Assembly (NCBI GenBank): GCA_963752595.1 | Contig: CAVVYZ010000015.1 | Coordinates: 1-64,000 of the forward strand | Source: an uncultured delta proteobacterium | Lineage (GTDB): Bacteria > Desulfobacterota > Desulfomonilia > UBA1062 | Direction: 5' to 3' | DNA length: 64,000 nucleotides | In this document: positions 59,501 through 64,000 of the stretch, one piece after another | Layout of the letters: every line of letters begins with the position of its first letter | How positions within the stretch are numbered: the stretch's first letter is position 1 | The notes under the pieces: model-generated | Databases searched by the model: none | The model's input: only the letters and a program-made list of their open reading frames with translations | Told to the model about the DNA's origin: nothing | Translations under genes and position numbers: made by a program

Positions 59501-59890
59501 GTAGGTGCCGAGGCTGTTCCATTGTCCGGCATTCTCACGCTGGTTGACAAACAGGTAGTCCACACCATCTGCATGCTGAATGTCCACCGGAACTATGGGA
59601 GCCCGCGAAGACCAGCCGGACCACCACATGAGAACCTCATACCGGCCTGCAGGCTGAGAGCCGAGCTCCCAGGTATAAGTTGTCCCATCCCGCGACCAGA
59701 AACTGTCCCCGCCATACGGATTTGTACCGCCGGAAACCGGCCAGCTTCCGGTAAATGACGTCCCGGGGTCGCCGTTATCGATGATAACGTCCGCCGAGGC
59801 ACAAGGAGCAAAAGCACCCGGGAACATAAGGCAGGCAACAATGAAATAGAGAAAAAATGTCAGTACAGCCTTCTTTTTTCCTTTTCCCAT
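56561..59890 (-). CDS. large secreted protein with three golvesin/xanthan-lyase-CBM-like and several PKD domains
   Basis: AGGAGG SD, signal peptide; IIDN..G.W..S / W.SLGTYY..ADAV repeats; WDFGDG..S....P.H.Y PKD repeats. Confidence 0.85.
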   Translation of the reverse strand: MGKGKKKAVLTFFLYFIVACLMFPGAFAPCASADVIIDNGDPGTSFTGSWPVSGGTNPYGGDSFWSRDGTTYTWELGSQPAGRYEVLMWWSGWSSRAPIVPVDIQHADGVDYLFVNQRENAGQWNSLGTYYFDGEGSVMVTAAYGASVSTCADAVWFKYIPEDSPPTAVIDSISPNPAVPGQTVSFSGHGEVFNGSVESCVWESDIDGILSYDFSFSTPSLSQGSHVISFLVSDDMGASSEPVTRTLVIQDAAQEVIIDNSGPGTSSSGTWYVSGGSGAYGSNSLWSRDGTTYTWSFSPAASAYYEVSMWWTQYSSRSTAIPVRIEHYSNGVTASTVAVNQQINGGKWNSLGTYYYEAGRSYRVTITSQPYPTSTCADAVRFVQADGQGGTAPVAGFAGDKTSGSAPCTISFFDQSIGTVTGRLWNFGDGTTSTQKDPVHVYNQAGTFRVTLTASNDYGSDTMARDAYIQVYTAMENIYLCDGYSKNALFLPRCYDYLKRLGATEQNGVWVYRNAAKGITYNIYSVRTPAAMEQALKQEGAHIIFNGHSNFGFGATFATSRETQNQQMDNVFFVDDDRFANYSTMMVSVKPDGMKYGQAYPNWNPIFKNGKSALMPYDFSQGTPPYNYYLTYTIPGDPVTYKVELSNGSYLERFPDSNTPAWFSPDGSPPDPVRNPEYFITNSDPDFNHCDLIGTWPIGKIQGGGYMGESGYLGYNYQYHSAGTGSNKAVFSIFLRYSGNYEVLTSWFPSASNATNAKYIIHHAGGDATVEMNQQQPILTMVKSLGTYYFNQGTCRIEINDNANGRVVADAIALNCKDNPDSILQAEFDTDAVSGSAPLAVKFIDQSLANNVTITSRLWDFGDGVTSTEKNPQHTYEQPGIYTVSLKVIASPGMEQTEVKESFIVVDSTAPLHAEFTAPARNNAERTIVKFKDRSSGIITARHWDFGDGSTSNEQNPTHVYTDIGSFTVRLTVSGPGGNDTETETAYVCNMVAIEFVDNTFHERPHFYSGSLIKFGKVICDTGTIKIPAEEMRYSRMFYGGCNSSNYYVGAFNRGIFFFTRADTDEVTAPEYLRRYLMGDTDNQILARLNAIEPVYEYYNFNLKPPSMR

Positions 59891-59967
59891 AGTTATTAAC
59901 CTCCTTAAATCATGCATATTTTATCCATGGCAAAGATGCTTGCTCTCCTGATGGGCCTTCGCACCCA

Positions 59968-60815
59968 TCATCTCATGGAAGGCGGTTTCAGTTTGAAGTT
60001 GTAATACTCATAGATCGGTTCGATGGCATTCAGCCTGGCAAGTATCTGGGCGTCGGTATCTCCCAGGAGGTAACGCCTCTCTTCACTGGGGATTTTTACC
60101 GTGCCGGTGTCGCAGATGATCTTTCCGGACATGGTCGATGATCCGGTATAATAATGGGGCTTCTCATGGTACGAGTTGTCCACATATTCGGTTGCGACGA
60201 GATTATACACATAGCCTGTCTCGGTTTCCGTATCGGAACCGCTCGGGCCGGATACGGTCAGGCGGACCGTGAAGGAGCCGTACCCTCTGTAGACATGGGA
60301 CGGATTCTTCCCCGTGCTCGTAGCCCCGTCGCCGAAATCCCAGCACCTTGAGGTAATAGTACCCGAGCTCATGTCTTTGAACTCGACAATGGCCGTTCCC
60401 CGGTTGAAATAATAAGAGCCCAGGATATTTGTCCTGTCGGCCCTGGTCTGCTGCTGGTTGGCCACGACCTGCGCGGTGCCGCCTTCCCGTCTGCATTCTG
60501 TATCTCGACAGGCACTATGGAAGCCCGTGAAGACAAGCCGGACCACCACATGAAAACTTCATAGTAACCGGACGGTTGGGAGACGAACTCCCAGGTATAG
60601 GTAGTCCCGTCCCGCGACCACAGGGAACTGCCGCCGTACGGGCTTGTACCGACGGAAACCGGCCATGTTCCGGTAAATGGCGTTCCAGGGCCGCCGTTGT
60701 CGACGATGACGTCCGCTGAGGCACAGGATGCAAAAATACCCTTCATCGAGCAGGAGGCAATTAGACAAAGAAGCAGCTTGCCGAATAGTCGTAGCCCCTT
60801 TTCCATCGTATTCAT
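59968..60815 (-). pseudogene. internally deleted, frameshifted paralog of the PKD/CBM protein
   Basis: same N-terminus (ADVIVDNGGPGT) and C-terminus (YEYYNF.LKPPSMR); three collinear gaps; frame change near 60485. Confidence 0.8.
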
Positions 60816-60887
60816 TAACCTCCTAAATTGAATTCGTTATAATTAATGCACAGCTGTTTGCTCACCAGTAGATATCCGGGCGCATTT

Positions 60888-62117
60888 TTATTTCATGGTA
60901 TCCTGGCGAAGCGTATCGAATGGAAACTGTCTATACTTTTCGGGAAATATATTTTGAGCAAGATTGCGTGCCGCATATCTTTTTACGAGATAGTCGACAA
61001 TATACCTGGCTGCACGTCCGTCGCCGTAGGGATTGTGGGCAAAGCTCATTCTCTTATAGCAAGCCGGATCGCTCAGCAAAGAGTCGACCGCCTCAACGAT
61101 CCTGTCTTTGTCCGTACCCACTAATCGTACCGTACCCGCTTCCACTGCTTCGGGCCGCTCGGTCACGTTCCGCATAACGATTACCGGTTTTCCCAGGCTC
61201 GGGGCTTCTTCCTGTATGCCGCCCGAATCCGTTAAGATGAGATATGCCCTGCACATGAGGGCAACGAACGGCTCATAATCGAGCGGGGGGAATAAATGGA
61301 TATTCTTCCTGTTGCCGATAATCCGGTAGACCGGCTCCCGCACATGCGGGTTGAGATGAACCGGATATACAAAGTGCACATCGGGCCGGGCCAGTGCCAG
61401 CTCGGAAAGGGCCAGGCAGATATTTTCGAATCCCTGACCGAAGTTCTCCCTCCGATGCCCGGTAACAAGGATGATCTTCTCATCATTTTCCAGGTTGTCT
61501 AAAAACTCATATCCTCTCCCATAGTCGGAGAACTGTATCGGCTGCCTTTGAATACGGTCCACGGTATGGAGGAGGGCATCGATGACCGTATTGCCGGTCA
61601 CCAGTATTTTTTCCGAAGGTATGTTCTCTTTGAGGAGATTGTTCTTTGCGGTCTCCGTGGGAGCGAAATGGATATCTGCGATCACCCCGGTCAGGCGGCG
61701 ATTCAATTCCTCGGGGAAGGGGCGGTATTTATCCTGGGTGCGAAGCCCTGCTTCCACATGACCCACTCCAATGTTATGGTAATATGCAGCCAATGAAGCG
61801 GCAAACGTGGTGGTTGTGTCTCCATGAACCAGGATCAGATCGGGCCTTGCTTGTTCCAGTATACCTCCGATTCCCTCCAGGATCCTGCCGGTCAGCGTAA
61901 AGAGGTTCTGATCCGGGGTCATGACATTCAGGTCGAAGTGCGGCACGATACCGAACAGGGTCAACACCTGGTCAAGCATCTGCCGGTGCTGGGCGGTAAC
62001 ACATACCAGCGTTTCAAGATCATCGCCTTCAGCGTTGCGCCTGTTTAATTCCATGATGACGGGGGCCATTTTTATCGCTTCAGGCCTGGTTCCGAAAATC
62101 GCCATGAGCCGTGTCAT
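60888..62117 (-). CDS. wecB: UDP-N-acetylglucosamine 2-epimerase (non-hydrolysing)
   Basis: [50 protein letters not shown]. Confidence 0.96.
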   Translation of the reverse strand: MTRLMAIFGTRPEAIKMAPVIMELNRRNAEGDDLETLVCVTAQHRQMLDQVLTLFGIVPHFDLNVMTPDQNLFTLTGRILEGIGGILEQARPDLILVHGDTTTTFAASLAAYYHNIGVGHVEAGLRTQDKYRPFPEELNRRLTGVIADIHFAPTETAKNNLLKENIPSEKILVTGNTVIDALLHTVDRIQRQPIQFSDYGRGYEFLDNLENDEKIILVTGHRRENFGQGFENICLALSELALARPDVHFVYPVHLNPHVREPVYRIIGNRKNIHLFPPLDYEPFVALMCRAYLILTDSGGIQEEAPSLGKPVIVMRNVTERPEAVEAGTVRLVGTDKDRIVEAVDSLLSDPACYKRMSFAHNPYGDGRAARYIVDYLVKRYAARNLAQNIFPEKYRQFPFDTLRQDTMK

Positions 62118-62126
62118 ATCTTAAAA

Positions 62127-62939
62127 TCACCTCGATGCAATTATTCTGCTAAAGATTCCCAGCAGAAGAGAAGCGGTTAGAAAAATCAGCAGGCCGGAAA
62201 ACTCGTGGAAAAAGCCTTCTGCTATCCTGCTGTCATAGAAGTGAGCCAGAATGCCGGTTCCGACAACACGGCCGGCATTGGTCATTATTGCTATGGGCAG
62301 TACGAGGAGGATGAGGGCGATCCTTTTCCCGTATTCCTCACATGTGATAAAGGCCAGAAATGTTCCCAGTGCAAAGAGAGAAAACAATGATCGTATGCCG
62401 CTGCAGGCATCTGCTACTTCCAGAGTGGTGTTTGCCAGATGGATGATATTCCCCTCGCGTAAAACCGGGATGTCGAGAAGGGCCAGACTCGTCGTAGCGC
62501 AGTATGTAGCGAACAATTTGAGAGGAAAGGCGATGGCGTCATAGAGGATGTACGGAATCGGTATCATAAAAATGAGAAATGCCAGCGCCGAGGAGCAGGT
62601 TTTCAGTATTTCTTTGCCGAAAAAAAGCAGTACGAGGCCTGTAATCATACCGATAAGGGAAAAGCGTTGTAAGAAAAGCTCGGACCCTGACTTGCCTACG
62701 GTCAGCATAGCCAGTGACATAGCTATAATGAACAATCCGGCCCAACTGGGTTCCCTTGTCTTGCTCAGCTGCATCAGTTCGGTCTTCTTCTGCCGGATGA
62801 GGTAGAGAGAGATAGCCGGTATCAGAAAACCATGCGAATAATTGGGGTCCTTCCACCAATCCATTACAAGTTTCCGGATAACATCCTGATAAAGCAAAGA
62901 CATGAGGACAAGGATGGAGATTCCTTTAATATATGTCAT
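62127..62939 (-). CDS. epsH: exosortase (EpsH family)
   Basis: YSHGFLIP, VADACSGIRS (Cys), NAGRV (Arg), FFHEFSG (His). Confidence 0.92.
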   Translation of the reverse strand: MTYIKGISILVLMSLLYQDVIRKLVMDWWKDPNYSHGFLIPAISLYLIRQKKTELMQLSKTREPSWAGLFIIAMSLAMLTVGKSGSELFLQRFSLIGMITGLVLLFFGKEILKTCSSALAFLIFMIPIPYILYDAIAFPLKLFATYCATTSLALLDIPVLREGNIIHLANTTLEVADACSGIRSLFSLFALGTFLAFITCEEYGKRIALILLVLPIAIMTNAGRVVGTGILAHFYDSRIAEGFFHEFSGLLIFLTASLLLGIFSRIIASR

Positions 62940-62944
62940 AATAT

Positions 62945-63601
62945 TTACTGCGGCAGGCAAAGCGCCAGGTGCGGGTAGAAATGATTGATAAAGGATTGGA
63001 GGTGTGTTTCAGCCTCCTGCTCGGAGACGGTTATCAACGTTGATATCCGCACCAGCGAGCCGTCGTTTCGTGCAAGCATCATAGTATCCAGAATCAGATA
63101 GAATTTCTCCCAGTATTCATTCGTGATAATCCTCCCCCTGGATTGATACCAATAGTAAACAACCTGCTTGTCCTTCCCTTTCTCGATAAGGAGTTTGTTC
63201 ACTGCCAGCTTTCCTGCAGGCACCTTGTCCGCCGATATGATCTTTTCGCCGTCGGATACAGGGTTCCAGCCGCTGCCCGGATAACAATGAAGCGGAGAAT
63301 GGATTGTATGGCCGATTTCCTGGTAGCTGTAGAATCCTACATATACTGAGATAGGTTCCTGATTCTGTGCATAGTAGGTCCGCATGATGTACTGATCGAC
63401 GCCTGCATTCTTCAAGGTGTTCCGGTCAAGGGTGCTCGCATCGCCCTCCCAGATTCCTATGGAGAGCGGTATTTCATCCAGGAGTCTTAAGAGATAAATC
63501 TTTTTGGTCTGGCCGATAAATGAAAAGTACACCAGGGCGCAGGAAAGGAGGAGGACTGCTGCCAGATAATGAAAATCTATGTTCCTCCGGACACTCATCA
63601 T
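62945..63601 (-). CDS. epsI: EpsI family exosortase-associated protein
   Basis: IP..IG.W.G, IHSP.HCYPGSGW, YYWYQSRGR, R.DGSLVRIS. Confidence 0.9.
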   Translation of the reverse strand: MMSVRRNIDFHYLAAVLLLSCALVYFSFIGQTKKIYLLRLLDEIPLSIGIWEGDASTLDRNTLKNAGVDQYIMRTYYAQNQEPISVYVGFYSYQEIGHTIHSPLHCYPGSGWNPVSDGEKIISADKVPAGKLAVNKLLIEKGKDKQVVYYWYQSRGRIITNEYWEKFYLILDTMMLARNDGSLVRISTLITVSEQEAETHLQSFINHFYPHLALCLPQ

Positions 63602-64000
63602 GGAAGTCTTTTTTGCGTAGCGGTAAATGATCTGGTGTTCCTTATACCCATGGTCTTGATGCCTTCGAAGAGACAGGGGAATTCGAACAATTCCACCCTA
63701 TCCGGAAAAGTCGGCTTAAGGAAAGACAGGTCAAAAGCTCCGCTACTGCAGGTGAGTCTAAGCCACCCTCAGGTCTGTTCATATCCACTAATTGCTAGGA
63801 TATATTAATATAACGGGGCTGGTTTCTCACAAGTACCGGGAAGCATTTAATTTCATTTATTTCATAAACCTGCGCTTTCATACATGTGCCCCGGCACCTT
63901 CAGGGAGGCGCTGCAGACCGGGTCTGGGGTTACATACCCATAGGCTTGCATGGGTATGGTTCAGCACTCAAAGAATGAGCTTGCTCAAGATGCGATCGCT

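Noticed and set aside
63735-63750. GCAGTAGCGGAG as an ops/JUMPstart element
   Set aside because: Only a partial match to GGCGGTAG, with no JUMPstart hairpin
1-64000. CRISPR arrays, tRNA/rRNA, IS elements, prophage genes
   Set aside because: None recognised by eye; repeats seen are protein-domain repeats or terminators

Overview
A 64-kb chromosomal segment, most likely from an anaerobic deltaproteobacterium (Desulfobacterota/syntroph-like; inferred from gene content). The left half is metabolic and housekeeping. It holds a UGA-containing HesB/IscA-like selenoprotein gene that the ORF track splits, menA, an old-yellow-enzyme, and a Cys-rich ECF-sigma/CMD module with an unannotated 55-aa membrane peptide. 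It also holds a Liv-type ABC transporter with an acyl-CoA synthetase, and an acyl-CoA dehydrogenase divergent from a 1040-aa sigma-54 activator; their intergenic region shows a -24/-12 promoter, an IHF site and tandem palindromic enhancer sites. degP, a GGDEF protein and yebC-ruvCAB follow (yebC and ruvC frameshifted). The right half (about 33-64 kb, all minus strand) is an exosortase/EpsI-associated polysaccharide locus with an unusual tailoring set: five ATP-grasp ligases of three types, two paralogous GNATs, two deacetylases, an APH-like kinase and a PHP phosphoesterase. It also encodes a large secreted PKD/CBM protein that appears to carry a clan-CD (caspase/gingipain-like) His...Cys dyad split by about 490 residues. 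An adjacent internally deleted copy of that gene lacks both motifs. No rRNA, tRNA, CRISPR array or transposase was seen. All calls are by eye from motifs; no database search was run.
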